A stretch of DNA of 60,349 nucleotides from Pseudomonadota bacterium (GTDB lineage: Bacteria > Desulfobacterota > Desulfobacteria > Desulfobacterales > JBDRRP01), in contig JBDRRP010000121.1 of assembly GCA_043825735.1 (NCBI GenBank), positions 62,001 through 122,349 on the forward strand. The letters run 5' to 3'. Positions 18,562 to 29,943 of the stretch are shown here, piece after piece; the stretch's first letter is position 1, and the number at the start of each line of letters is the position of its first letter. Below the pieces are notes generated by a model. It was given only the letters and a program-made list of their open reading frames with translations. It did not search any database and was not told the origin of the DNA. Made by a program: the position numbers and the translations under genes.

Positions 18562-20484
18562 ATGACTGAACCCTTTTATATCACCACGCCGATCTATTAC
18601 GTGAACGCTCGTCCCCACCTTGGCCACGCGTACACCACGATCGTGGCCGACGTGATCAACCGGTTCCACCAGATGCTCGGCGCAGAGACGTTTTTTCTCA
18701 CGGGTACCGATGAACACGGGGACAAGATCGTCCAGGCCGCCAAGGCGGAAAACACGACCCCCCGCAATTACGTCGACACCATCAGCGCCCTGTTCAAAGA
18801 CCTGTGGCCCCAGCTCGATATCAAAAACGATGCGTTTATCCGCACGACCGATCCCAGTCACATGGCGGTGGTCGAGCGCATCCTTCAAAACATCTATGAT
18901 GCCGGTGATATCTATTTCAGTGAGTACGAGGGTCTGTACTGCTACGGCTGTGAGCGTTTCTATACCGAACGCGAACTGGTGGACGGAAAATGCCCGCAGC
19001 ACGAAAAACCGCCGGCGCTGATCAAAGAGTCCAATTATTTTTTCAAAATGAGCCGTTATCAGCAATGGCTCATTGACCACGTCACCGCACACCCGGATTT
19101 CATCAGACCCGAGCGCTACCGCAACGAGGTACTGGCATTTTTGCGGGAACCCCTCGAGGATCTGTGCATTTCCAGACCCAAGTCCCGGCTGCAATGGGGC
19201 ATCACCCTGCCCTTTGACCCGGACTACGTCACCTACGTCTGGTTCGATGCCCTGCTCAACTACGTGTCGGCCCTGGGGTTTCCCGACGGCCCGCGCTACA
19301 AAATCTTCTGGCCCCATGCCCAGCACATCGTGGCCAAGGACATCCTCAAGCCCCACGGTATCTATTGGCCCATCATGCTCAAGGCCGCCGGACTTCCCAT
19401 TTACCGCCACCTGAACGTTCACGGCTACTGGAACATCGAACAAAGCAAGATGTCCAAAAGTCTCGGCAACGTGGTGGACCCGTTGCATCTGGCCACGGTG
19501 TATGGTCTCGACGCCTTCCGCTTTTTCCTCCTGCGGGACATGGTGTTCGGTCTCGACTCCAACTTTTCCGAAGACGCGCTGGTGCAGCGGATCAACGCGG
19601 ATCTTGCCAATGATCTGGGCAACCTCTTTTCACGCGTTGTGGCCATGACCCACAAGTATTGCGACGGGCTGGTGCCGGCCACCGACCCCGACGCCGCAGC
19701 CGAACTCGGGCTCGGACTGCCCATGGATACCGCCGAGGCGATCTCGGAGTACGAAGGCGCGATGGCCGGCTTCGAGTTCCACAAAGGGCTCATGGCCGTT
19801 TGGGTCCTCATCAACCAGATGAACAAATACATCGATGTCACCGCGCCCTGGGTGCTGGCCAAAAAGAAGTCGACCCGAAAACAGCTCGACACGGTTCTGT
19901 ATTACTATCTCGAAGGGCTGCGCATCATCTCTGGGCTGATTTACCCGGTCATGCCGGGCACCGCAGCGACCATGCAGGAGCATCTGGGCCTTGATCCGGC
20001 CGAGCCCTTTTACGCTATGGATCGACTCAAATCATGGGGCCGGCTGCAACCCGGAACCCGGTTGCCCAAGTCCGTCACCCTCTTTCCCCGGGTCGAGGCA
20101 CCCCAGAAAACGGACGCCGTGGCATCCGCGTCCACCGACAAGAACGCCCTGCCGGACATCAAGCCGGAAATCACGTTTGATGACCTCAACAAAATCGATC
20201 TCCGGGTGGGCACCATCCGAAAAGCCGAGCCCATTGCCAAGGCAAAAAAACTGCTGCAGTTGGAAGTCGAGCTTATGGATAAACGCACCATTGTGGCCGG
20301 CATCTCTGCCCACTACGCCCCCGAGGATCTCATCGGCAAACAGGTGATCGTCGTGGCCAATCTGAAACCGGCCAAACTCATGGGGGTTATTTCCAAGGGA
20401 ATGCTGCTGGCCGCTGCGGCGGACGACGGGCTGGCACTGATCGGGCCCGACAAACCGTCCAGACCCGGAACCCCCCTTCGGTAG
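18562..20484 (+). CDS. metG: methionyl-tRNA synthetase
   Basis: YITTPIYY, HLGH, GTDEHG, YVWFDAL, KMSKS, C-terminal tRNA-binding OB domain. Confidence 0.98.
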   Translation: MTEPFYITTPIYYVNARPHLGHAYTTIVADVINRFHQMLGAETFFLTGTDEHGDKIVQAAKAENTTPRNYVDTISALFKDLWPQLDIKNDAFIRTTDPSHMAVVERILQNIYDAGDIYFSEYEGLYCYGCERFYTERELVDGKCPQHEKPPALIKESNYFFKMSRYQQWLIDHVTAHPDFIRPERYRNEVLAFLREPLEDLCISRPKSRLQWGITLPFDPDYVTYVWFDALLNYVSALGFPDGPRYKIFWPHAQHIVAKDILKPHGIYWPIMLKAAGLPIYRHLNVHGYWNIEQSKMSKSLGNVVDPLHLATVYGLDAFRFFLLRDMVFGLDSNFSEDALVQRINADLANDLGNLFSRVVAMTHKYCDGLVPATDPDAAAELGLGLPMDTAEAISEYEGAMAGFEFHKGLMAVWVLINQMNKYIDVTAPWVLAKKKSTRKQLDTVLYYYLEGLRIISGLIYPVMPGTAATMQEHLGLDPAEPFYAMDRLKSWGRLQPGTRLPKSVTLFPRVEAPQKTDAVASASTDKNALPDIKPEITFDDLNKIDLRVGTIRKAEPIAKAKKLLQLEVELMDKRTIVAGISAHYAPEDLIGKQVIVVANLKPAKLMGVISKGMLLAAAADDGLALIGPDKPSRPGTPLR

Positions 20485-20613
20485 GTGGCTTTGCAGCACT
20501 CCGCGTTGACCGGTATTGTGGCCGTTTCAATCCTCGGCGGATCTTCCGTGCCCGAAGAGCGCAGCCCCGCCCCCCGGCCCGACCGGTTCGGCAATGGTCA
20601 GGGGCAAAAACCG

Positions 20614-21855
20614 ATGCGACGGCTCACCCTGCAACGGCTCATGCTTGTGGGGTTCGTCGTCGGCGCGCTCCTTTATGCCGGCATCTACAGCCTGCGATTT
20701 CTCTCAGAACAGTTGTCCCGCCATAAGAAAGAGCAGACGCCGCCGCTGGCGCACCCGCTAACGATCAGCGACGTGAATGCCCTGCTCGCAGGCACGACGC
20801 TCAGCAACCGGCAGGAGGGCCGTTTTGAAATCACGCGCAACGGGCAGCGCTTTCTGGTGAACACCACCCTGTCGCAGGACCTGCAAAAAACGCTCACGGA
20901 CAAACTCAACCCACACCACGCGCTTTACATCGGCATCGTGGCCATGACACCCGGGGACGGTCGCGTGGTGGGTCTGGCGGGATTCGACCGCACCAATGCC
21001 GGCGCCGATCCGAGCCTGGAGGGGAGCTTTCCGGCGGCAAGCATATTCAAGATCGTCACAACCGCCGCCGCCATTGATATGGGCGGATTGACGGCCGACA
21101 GCATGCTCGCGTTCAATGGTCAGAAGCACACCCTGTATCGATCCCAGCTGAAAACCGGAAAAAACCGCTACAGCAACCGGATCTCCCTCACCGACGCCTT
21201 TGCCGAATCGGTCAATCCCGTGTTTGGGAAGATCGGCATCAACGACCTGGGGGCGGCGGCGTTGAGGACCACGGCCGACCGGTTCGCCTTCGACCGGGCG
21301 ATCCCCTTCGAGAAAACCGTCACGCCCAGTCAGATCGCGATCACCGATGAGCCTTACAAACTGGCAGAGCTGGCGAGCGGCTTCAACCGCGATACACGGA
21401 TATCGCCACTGCACGGTGCACTGATGGCCGCCGCCGTGATCAACGACGGCCGCCTTCCGCAGCCGAGAATCATCGATGACATCTACAATGAAAACGGGCA
21501 GCGTATGTACGCCGCGGCGCCGGGGACCCTTGGCCGGGCCGTATCCGCGGCCGGGGCCGCCGCCCTCATGGACATGATGCGTGAAACCGTGGCCTCGGGA
21601 ACCTGCCGAAAACTGTTCTACCCGTACCGGCGCGACCGCGTACTCTCGCAGCTTCTCATCGGCGGCAAGTCGGGCTCCATTGACAACCGTGACCATGATG
21701 CGCGATATGATTGGTTTGTCGGTTTTGCAGCGGATAAGCGCCGTGAAAAAACCCTCGCCGTGGCGGTCGTGGTGGCACACCAGGAGTACATCGGCGTGCG
21801 CGCCGGCGATTACGCCCGGTATGCCATCAAACAGTTTTTCAAAAAGGAGCACTAA
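20614..21855 (+). CDS. penicillin-binding transpeptidase-domain protein
   Basis: N-terminal TM helix; SxxK (SIFK), SxN (SVN) and KSG motifs; start uncertain (frame open from 20485). Confidence 0.85.
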   Translation: MRRLTLQRLMLVGFVVGALLYAGIYSLRFLSEQLSRHKKEQTPPLAHPLTISDVNALLAGTTLSNRQEGRFEITRNGQRFLVNTTLSQDLQKTLTDKLNPHHALYIGIVAMTPGDGRVVGLAGFDRTNAGADPSLEGSFPAASIFKIVTTAAAIDMGGLTADSMLAFNGQKHTLYRSQLKTGKNRYSNRISLTDAFAESVNPVFGKIGINDLGAAALRTTADRFAFDRAIPFEKTVTPSQIAITDEPYKLAELASGFNRDTRISPLHGALMAAAVINDGRLPQPRIIDDIYNENGQRMYAAAPGTLGRAVSAAGAAALMDMMRETVASGTCRKLFYPYRRDRVLSQLLIGGKSGSIDNRDHDARYDWFVGFAADKRREKTLAVAVVVAHQEYIGVRAGDYARYAIKQFFKKEH

Positions 21856-21885
21856 CTCAGCCGCCGGCAGGCACAATCGTCAACC

Positions 21886-22022
21886 TTGACAAACTCGTAA
21901 AAAGTCTGAAATCACCACGGAGAACGCAGAGAGCGCAGAGATAAATTATTAGTTATCCACAATATTCTCTGCGTTCCTCTGCGGTCTCTGTGGTTCAAAA
22001 TCACTTTTTGCGGATTCATCAA
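21886..22022 (+). repeat. composite palindromic repeat, GTAAAAAGTC..CACAGAG family, copy 1
   Basis: TTGAC..CGTAAAAAGTCTGAAATCACCAC..(CAGAG)n..(CTCTG)n..CACTTTTTGCGG..ATCAA; similar copies at 28.3, 32.8 and 52.8 kb. Confidence 0.85.
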
Positions 22023-22104
22023 ACGCAACACCATCATCATGACCGATCCCCGCCCGTGCCTTTCCAGCCAGCACGTCGGCCGTCGGTCGCAAAGGGAGAT
22101 CAGC

Positions 22105-23295
22105 ATGCCCGGATTCGAATGGTTTGGGGATGAAGAGCGAAAGGAAGTGATGGACGTCCTGGAGACCGGCGTCCTGATGCGTTACGGATTCGATGGGGCC
22201 CGCAAGGGGCATTGGAAGGCCAGAGCGTTCGAGCAGGAACTGGCCGGCGCGCTCGGGGTAGGCTACTGCCATCTTTGCGCCAGCGGTACGGCCGCCCTTG
22301 GCGTCGCCCTGGCTGCGTGCGGTGTCGGTGCCGGCAGCGAGGTCATCGTCCCCCCGTTCACCTTCGTGGCCACCATCGAAGCGGTGATTTTCGCCGGCGC
22401 CGTCCCGGTTTTTGCGGATGTTGACGACACCCTGTGCCTGGATCCGACAGCCATCGCCGCAGCCGTCACCCCCCGGACCCGGGCGGTGATACCGGTGCAT
22501 ATGTGCGGGTCCATGGCGCGCATCGACGACATCGCTGCTGTCTGCCGCCGCCACGAGCTCGTCCTCATCGAAGACGCCTGCCAGGCCGTGGGGGGCACCT
22601 ACCACGGAAAGGCCTTGGGCAGCTTCGGCCAGATGGGGTGTTTTTCCTTCGACCCGGTGAAGACCATCACCTGCGGAGAGGGCGGCGGTATCATCACCAA
22701 CGACGCCGCCCTTTACGACACGGCCCACGCCTTCGCCGATCACGGACACGATCATATCGGCAGCGACCGGGGCCTCGAAAAGCATCCCATCCTGGGGCTG
22801 AACCTGCGGATCAGCGAACTGAACGCCGCCGTCGGCCTGGCGCAGCTACGCAAACTGCCGCGTATTCTGGAAGTCCAGCGGGCTCACAAAAACGCCCTGA
22901 AGACCCGTCTGGAAAACATCCCCGGCCTCGCCTTCCGCCATGTCCCCGACCCGGCCGGCGACACGGCGACCTTTCTGAGCCTGCTCTTTCCCGATGAGGA
23001 CACGGCGCGCCGGGCCGGCAAGGCGCTGGGCGCCGCCGGGGTCGACGGGTGTTTTTACTGGTACGACAACAACTGGCATTATCACCGCCGATGGGATCAC
23101 TTCAAAACGCTCAGCGCGGCGGCCCCGGTGCCCCTGTCGCTGATGGTTGATCGTCCCGATTATGGCGCTCTCGACCTGCCCCGCTCCGACGGCATCATCG
23201 GGCGCACCCTGTCGATGCAGATCAAACTGGCATGGCGCCCGGAGGAAATTGAAAAACGCGGCGCCGCCATGGAAAAAGTGCTGCGCAGTCTTTAA
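22105..23295 (+). CDS. kdnA: 8-amino-Kdo transaminase KdnA-like (DegT/DnrJ PLP aminotransferase)
   Basis: MPGFEWFG..RYGFD N-terminus, IEDACQA, FSFDPVKTITCGEGG, FYWYDNNWHY; adjacent to a kdnB homologue; GGGAG RBS. Confidence 0.85.
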   Translation: MPGFEWFGDEERKEVMDVLETGVLMRYGFDGARKGHWKARAFEQELAGALGVGYCHLCASGTAALGVALAACGVGAGSEVIVPPFTFVATIEAVIFAGAVPVFADVDDTLCLDPTAIAAAVTPRTRAVIPVHMCGSMARIDDIAAVCRRHELVLIEDACQAVGGTYHGKALGSFGQMGCFSFDPVKTITCGEGGGIITNDAALYDTAHAFADHGHDHIGSDRGLEKHPILGLNLRISELNAAVGLAQLRKLPRILEVQRAHKNALKTRLENIPGLAFRHVPDPAGDTATFLSLLFPDEDTARRAGKALGAAGVDGCFYWYDNNWHYHRRWDHFKTLSAAAPVPLSLMVDRPDYGALDLPRSDGIIGRTLSMQIKLAWRPEEIEKRGAAMEKVLRSL

Positions 23296-24420
<1,125 letters not shown>

Positions 24421-24434
24421 AGCGAGTGCCACTC

Positions 24435-27400
24435 ATGCTGAAACTGATTTCTCTGGCCAGGGCCGCTGCGCCGTCCGTGGCCGGTATTCGCGCGCTGCTG
24501 AACGCGCCGGTGTTTTTTGGCCGCCTTCCGAGCCGGGCACCTGCAGGCGCCATCGTCTTATTCCCCCTCATGCCCCTTCGCCTGTGCTGCGGCATCGCCG
24601 GTATCGTGGCGCGCGGCAGACTGAAAAATACCGACGCAGCCGGTGTCGGCACGGAAGTCATCGAAAGCGCCATCGCTAACATGACGACACGGCGGTTCAC
24701 GGCCTGTACCCAGGACGGTGCATGCGCCCTTGACGAAGCCTACCTTGGCGGCCCCGACGCCCTCGGCGCGTTGTTCGACCATATCTGGCAGCTGAAAACC
24801 TATGCGTCCAGCTTTCACATCTACCTGACCCCGGGTGTTCGCGCGTCCCTGGAAGATACGGCCCGGCAGCTGGCGGCATTTCAGGCATCCGAATCCGTAT
24901 GCTTTGAAGAACAGATGGGCCGCCGCTCAGCGGCGGAAGTGGACATCATGTCCGCTCAGCTTGAACGCCTGAAAGACATCACCTGGTGCCTTCAACAGGA
25001 GATTTTGGACAATCTCAAAAAGGTCGGCGAGTTGGTGCCGAGTCTGCCGGGCGCGCTGACTTTGCCCGTATTCCAGGTTTTCCATCAGATCAACGCGGTT
25101 TTAAACAGCATCGACTGTCTCGAGGTCAGGGGACGGGACAGCGCCGGTGTATCGGTCCTTCTAGAAGTGGACGCCAGCGTTTTTCATACCTTTTGCGAGC
25201 GTCTGAAGGACGAAGGACTGATGGAAGCCTTCGCGGGCCGCCGGGATCAGAACCCGCTGATCGACAACGGCATTCGGGTAGCCCGCGGCACCACTGCGGC
25301 CGGCCGTGATCAAGTGACCCTGGCCTTCGTCTACAAGGTGGCCGCCGAGATCGGCCGCTTGGGAGATAACATCCGGCACATTCGCACGGCCATCCGCGAA
25401 GATAGAATCCTGCACGCGCTCATCACCCTGCCCCACCGGTTCGACTCCATTCTTTCCCACACCCGGTGGGCTTCGGTGGGAGCCATCAACGCCGTCAACT
25501 GCCACCCGGTGGATCACCAGGAAACCGGTGCAATCCGTGACGATCGGGGCATCATCCACGTCTGCCTCAACGGCGACATCGACAACTACCCGGCGCTGTG
25601 CGCTCGGTTGATACAGCAGGGTGTTCAGGTACCCGCCGAAGTGACCACGGATACCAAGGTCATCCCGCTGCTCGTTGCCGCGCATGTCAGGGACGGCTGC
25701 GATGTCATTGAGGCTTTCCGTAAGACGGTGAACCTGTTTGAAGGCTCTCACGCCATCGCCATGCAGACGGATCTGGCGCCGGGGCGCCTTTTCATCGCAC
25801 AAAAGGGCAGCGGCCAGACGGTCTTCATCGGCCTGGCCGCCGACCACTTTATGGCCACCAGCGAAGTATACGGGTTCATCGAAGCGACTCAGCGCTATAT
25901 CAAGCTGGAAGGAGAAAAGGTGGTGGCCGGAAAAAACGGAACCACCCAGGGGCAAATTTTCATCCTCGATTCGGCAGGCGCCGGGACGCTCGATGGACTG
26001 CACGCCATGAACTACGACGGCTCCCCCATCACGTTGGGAGAAACCGATGTCCAGCGAACGCACATCACCTCCCGGGATATCAACCGGCAGGGGTTTGACC
26101 ACTATTTTCTCAAAGAAATCTCCGAATCACCGGTGAGTGTGGCGCGCACCCTTCAAAACCGGTGGCACACCAGCGGCCAGGGCACCGGAATCGTCACGGT
26201 AAGCCTCGACGAGCGCACCTGCCCGGCAACCATCATTGACGGCATCGCCGGGGGACAAATTCGCCGCATCTATATTGTAGGGCAAGGCACCGCCGGCGTG
26301 GCGGCCATGGCCTGCGCGGATATTCTCAACACCTATTTCAACGACCCGCGTCTGTTCATCACCGCTCTCAAAGCCTCGGAGCTGAGCGGCTTTAAACTGC
26401 GTGAAGGCGACAGTGAAGCGTCCATGAAAGACTGCCTGGTGATCGCCATCAGTCAGTCGGGCACCACCACCGACACCAACCGCACTGTGGACATGGTACG
26501 CCAGCGGGGGGCCGCCACCCTGGCCATCGTCAACCGCCGTGACTCGGACATCACCTTCAAGGTGGATGGGGTGATGTATACCAGCAGCGGGCGGGACATC
26601 GAAATGTCCGTGGCCTCCACCAAGGCGTTTTACTCTCAGATCGTAGCCGGCGCGCTGCTGGGGCTGTTCATGGTAAAATCCACCGGCCGCCGGGACGCGG
26701 CTTTCATCGCCGCCGAACTGGCCGAGTTGCGGCGCCTGCCGGACATCATGCGCCGCATCCTCGCCCTGCGGCCGGCCATTGCCGCATCTGCCGAGCGCCT
26801 GGCCGCCGGCCGGCCCTACTGGGCCGCCGTGGGCAGCGGCCCCAACAAAGCCTCGGCCGACGAAATCCGCATCAAATTGAGCGAGCTTTGCTACAAGACC
26901 ATCTCATCGGATTTCGTGGAAGATAAAAAGCACATCGACCTTTCCTCGGAGCCGCTGATCATCGTCTGCGCGGCCGGCACCCGGGAATCGGTGCTGGGCG
27001 ACATCGTAAAGGATACGGCCATCTTCCACGCCCACAAGGCAACGCCGGTGGTGATCACCGACGAGGGAGAACAGCGGTTTGCCCCTTACGCCGCAGACGT
27101 GTTCCACGTGCCGCCGGTGAGCGAACATCTGGCCCCCATCACCAACACACTGGTCGGCCATCTCTGGGGATACCACGCAGCGCTATCCATCAACGCAGGC
27201 TCGCGCTTTTTCTTCACCTTTCAGGAAGAACTGCGCCGGCGGATCAGCGACGCCGCAGCCGCCGGCCAGGATGTCTACGAATTGGTGCTGGAGAAGGCAT
27301 TCCGCGAATTTATTCTGGCCTTCTATACGGATTTCCGGAAGCAAAAGGTCGAAAACCGCCTGCCGGCAGCCCTGGGTCTGAATACCGCCACCGACCTCGC

Positions 27401-28202
27401 GCTGGCGCTCAAATACATCGCCGGGCGCCTGCCGGTCTCCGACTTCGAGCTGGATTTTGGCGTGAAGGGTACGGCGGCCAACATGCTCAACATCCTCTTA
27501 GGGCGCCTGTCTACGGCCATCAACACCATGGCCCGCCCGGTTGACGCCATCAAGCACCAGGCCAAGACGGTTACTGTTGGAACCAGCCGCATCACCGAAA
27601 AACTCGAAGGGCGGCTCTTTGATGCCCTCCAGCGTTTCGGGTTCAGCCCCGCGATGCTCACCAACCGAAACGTGCTGGTTATTAAAAACGTGGGACCCAT
27701 CATCGAAGACATTCTCGGGGCCATCCGCTACCGCCTCGATGGGCTCAGCCCGCTGGGCGAACCCGGCGAGGCCACCACCATCCACGTCGAGCAAAAGGAA
27801 GGCTCTCTCGCCAGGCTTCCGTCCCGGGTGGAAAGCGACTCGAGGCTCAAGGGCACCAAGCGGATCATCGCCCGTGAAGGCAACATTTATATCGGCAGGG
27901 GCCGAAAAGACGATCGCAATATCGTGGTGATCCCGGTGCTCTCCAGCACACCGGCCGGGCCCAATGTGATCGCCCACATGCTGCTGGTCCACGTGGAATA
28001 CCGCGCCAGCGTCACCCTGGCGGAAAAGATCAAGGCGCTCGGCGGCAAGCACGAGCGGATCAAGAACATCGTTCAGGAAAACTCTCTCGCCTGGGATGAC
28101 GGTTTTCTGGAAGCGGTGGCCACGGAAGATCTCTTCGGCCTGTCGGCGGAGAAGATCGCCGACGCCATCGTGTCGCGAAATAATGGAATAACCAGTGGAT
28201 AG
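24435..28202 (+). CDS. glmS: oversized glutamine-fructose-6-phosphate aminotransferase (GlmS)-like protein
   Basis: CGIAG, RGRDSAG, HTRWAS, NGDIDNY, TDT, FLKEI, AISQSGTTTDT, VASTKAF, KLSE, AKTVTV; several large insertions and extensions. Confidence 0.8.
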   Translation: MLKLISLARAAAPSVAGIRALLNAPVFFGRLPSRAPAGAIVLFPLMPLRLCCGIAGIVARGRLKNTDAAGVGTEVIESAIANMTTRRFTACTQDGACALDEAYLGGPDALGALFDHIWQLKTYASSFHIYLTPGVRASLEDTARQLAAFQASESVCFEEQMGRRSAAEVDIMSAQLERLKDITWCLQQEILDNLKKVGELVPSLPGALTLPVFQVFHQINAVLNSIDCLEVRGRDSAGVSVLLEVDASVFHTFCERLKDEGLMEAFAGRRDQNPLIDNGIRVARGTTAAGRDQVTLAFVYKVAAEIGRLGDNIRHIRTAIREDRILHALITLPHRFDSILSHTRWASVGAINAVNCHPVDHQETGAIRDDRGIIHVCLNGDIDNYPALCARLIQQGVQVPAEVTTDTKVIPLLVAAHVRDGCDVIEAFRKTVNLFEGSHAIAMQTDLAPGRLFIAQKGSGQTVFIGLAADHFMATSEVYGFIEATQRYIKLEGEKVVAGKNGTTQGQIFILDSAGAGTLDGLHAMNYDGSPITLGETDVQRTHITSRDINRQGFDHYFLKEISESPVSVARTLQNRWHTSGQGTGIVTVSLDERTCPATIIDGIAGGQIRRIYIVGQGTAGVAAMACADILNTYFNDPRLFITALKASELSGFKLREGDSEASMKDCLVIAISQSGTTTDTNRTVDMVRQRGAATLAIVNRRDSDITFKVDGVMYTSSGRDIEMSVASTKAFYSQIVAGALLGLFMVKSTGRRDAAFIAAELAELRRLPDIMRRILALRPAIAASAERLAAGRPYWAAVGSGPNKASADEIRIKLSELCYKTISSDFVEDKKHIDLSSEPLIIVCAAGTRESVLGDIVKDTAIFHAHKATPVVITDEGEQRFAPYAADVFHVPPVSEHLAPITNTLVGHLWGYHAALSINAGSRFFFTFQEELRRRISDAAAAGQDVYELVLEKAFREFILAFYTDFRKQKVENRLPAALGLNTATDLALALKYIAGRLPVSDFELDFGVKGTAANMLNILLGRLSTAINTMARPVDAIKHQAKTVTVGTSRITEKLEGRLFDALQRFGFSPAMLTNRNVLVIKNVGPIIEDILGAIRYRLDGLSPLGEPGEATTIHVEQKEGSLARLPSRVESDSRLKGTKRIIAREGNIYIGRGRKDDRNIVVIPVLSSTPAGPNVIAHMLLVHVEYRASVTLAEKIKALGGKHERIKNIVQENSLAWDDGFLEAVATEDLFGLSAEKIADAIVSRNNGITSG

Positions 28203-28272
28203 CTATTGGTTTTCTCTGCGTCTCAGCGCCTCTGCGCGAAAACGGTCTTTCAGATCATTGCCCAAAGAAAAA

Positions 28273-28399
28273 ATGATGGCTATGTAAAAAGTCTGAAATC
28301 ACCTCAGAGGACGCAGAGATCACAGAGGTAACCCAATAATTATTAAACATATTCTCTGCGCTCTCTGCGGTTAAAAATCACTTTTTACGGTTTCATCAA
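28273..28399 (+). repeat. composite palindromic repeat, GTAAAAAGTC..CACAGAG family, copy 2
   Basis: GTAAAAAGTCTGAAATCACC..CAGAG..CTCTGCG..CACTTTTTACGG..ATCAA, between convergent genes. Confidence 0.85.
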
Positions 28400-28440
28400 G
28401 CTTAGATAAGTTTACATTTCACTTTCGCGGCGGGTTTGAT

Positions 28441-29001
28441 TCACTGACGGTGGATTTCAGATGGACCGGCCTCATCCCTTCCTGCGGTCTGCCCTTTCAG
28501 CCGGCAGCATTTTTTCCTGAACACCCCCAACTTCAGCAGCACCTTTGCCCCCACCAGTTGCAGGACTGCCACGACCGCGCCGGCCCATCGCCAGCGGCGG
28601 GTGTCCAGATCGAGCACCCACCGCCGGCCGCCGGGCAGGGGCCGCTCGATGCGCACCGCCCGGCCCAGCACCTGATCCGGAGCGACCGGATCGTCGAAAA
28701 CGATCAGCGCATCGCCTTTGGTGCGAAATACCTTCCTTCCGGCCGAATCCAGATCCACCCTCACGATGCGATGCAGCACCGGCGCCCCCTGCGTGTTTTT
28801 GAAATACACGACGTCTCCGGCGCGAAGTTTCGCTGTATCGACCGGCCCCACGACGACCCTGGCGCCGGACGGCACCAGCGGCCGCATACTGCCTCCGGTG
28901 ACCTTAAAGCGCACCGCACTGCCACGGCCGAGAATCTCCGCCACCAGGGCGGTGACCTGTGCTGAAGATGCGTGGGTGCTCATCGGAAGATTCCTCTCCA
29001 T
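28441..29001 (-). CDS. S24/S26-family peptidase
   Basis: VTGGSMRP (catalytic Ser), GDVV, VLHRIV, TKGD, QVLG; no N-terminal TM, C-terminal hydrophobic helix. Confidence 0.85.
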   Translation of the reverse strand: MERNLPMSTHASSAQVTALVAEILGRGSAVRFKVTGGSMRPLVPSGARVVVGPVDTAKLRAGDVVYFKNTQGAPVLHRIVRVDLDSAGRKVFRTKGDALIVFDDPVAPDQVLGRAVRIERPLPGGRRWVLDLDTRRWRWAGAVVAVLQLVGAKVLLKLGVFRKKCCRLKGQTAGRDEAGPSEIHRQ

Positions 29002-29010
29002 GGCCGGCGC

Positions 29011-29943
29011 CTATGCTCCCATCAACCGCATCAGATGCACCAAGGCATCGACACGGGGGGTGAACATAAAATCGCTCATGGGAACTTGTGCACTCAGTGC
29101 GCCGCAGGTGGACAGCACCGCATCGCCCGGGGTCCGGTCAAAGAGGGGAATCGAAACCACGGGCAGCAGTTTCACCAGCGCCTCTCCCGGGGTCAATTCA
29201 GTGGCGGCGGTATCCTCGGACTTGTTGAGAAAAAACACCCCTGCCAGAGGCACGCCGATGTTGGCGGCAATCCCCGCATCGCCGGGCCAGGGCGTGCCGT
29301 AGGCCATCCACCCATCGTTTACCCGGCGAACGATCATCCGGTCGTCGCTGAGCAGGGTGATCCTCGCGTCGGCAGCCAACAGCGAAGCCAAGGTGCTCTT
29401 TCCGGCACCGGATTTTCCAGGAAATAGGTATCCCCGGCCATTGACGATGGCCCCGGCGGCGTGAAGAATGATCCCTGATTGCCTTGCCAGTCGAAGCATC
29501 ACCAGGATCTGATCCAGTGGGTAGTGGATCGGGTTCCGCAGCACGACCTTAGATGATGTCTCCTGCCAGAAATCCTCGTGGCAGTGAAGTCGACCCTCGA
29601 TAAAACGGTGGTCCGCCGACAGGCGCCACAACGGCGTGGCCACGCCGGGCGGCTGAAGTTGCAAAACATTTCTGGTGGTGGATGTCCACAAAGACCAAGC
29701 CTGCCGGCTATCGAAGCACTTCACCAGCCCGGCCTCCCGCTCCGGCATGGGCTCACGGCAGATGGTGATATGTACGTGCGCGGCGGTTGCCGGCGGCGAC
29801 GATGGGCGGTGGCGGAAAAACGCCTGCATGGCCGATCCCGTTTCCTGAACGCGAATATCCGGATCGCCGCTCAGACAAATGGTGACGCCGGCGATATCGA
29901 CCGTGGCAAGCAGCGTCACGCCATCCTCCGCTCTGGTCGCCAT
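29011..29943 (-). CDS. HPr-kinase-related P-loop protein of peptide-modification clusters
   Basis: ILHAAG, GKSGAGKST Walker A, LLSDDR, GTPW motifs; start placed at ATG 29943. Confidence 0.8.
   Translation of the reverse strand: MATRAEDGVTLLATVDIAGVTICLSGDPDIRVQETGSAMQAFFRHRPSSPPATAAHVHITICREPMPEREAGLVKCFDSRQAWSLWTSTTRNVLQLQPPGVATPLWRLSADHRFIEGRLHCHEDFWQETSSKVVLRNPIHYPLDQILVMLRLARQSGIILHAAGAIVNGRGYLFPGKSGAGKSTLASLLAADARITLLSDDRMIVRRVNDGWMAYGTPWPGDAGIAANIGVPLAGVFFLNKSEDTAATELTPGEALVKLLPVVSIPLFDRTPGDAVLSTCGALSAQVPMSDFMFTPRVDALVHLMRLMGA

Noticed and set aside
21886..22022. CAGAG-unit repeats as a CRISPR array
   Set aside because: Units are 9 bp, arranged as inverted arms, with no unique spacers and no cas genes.
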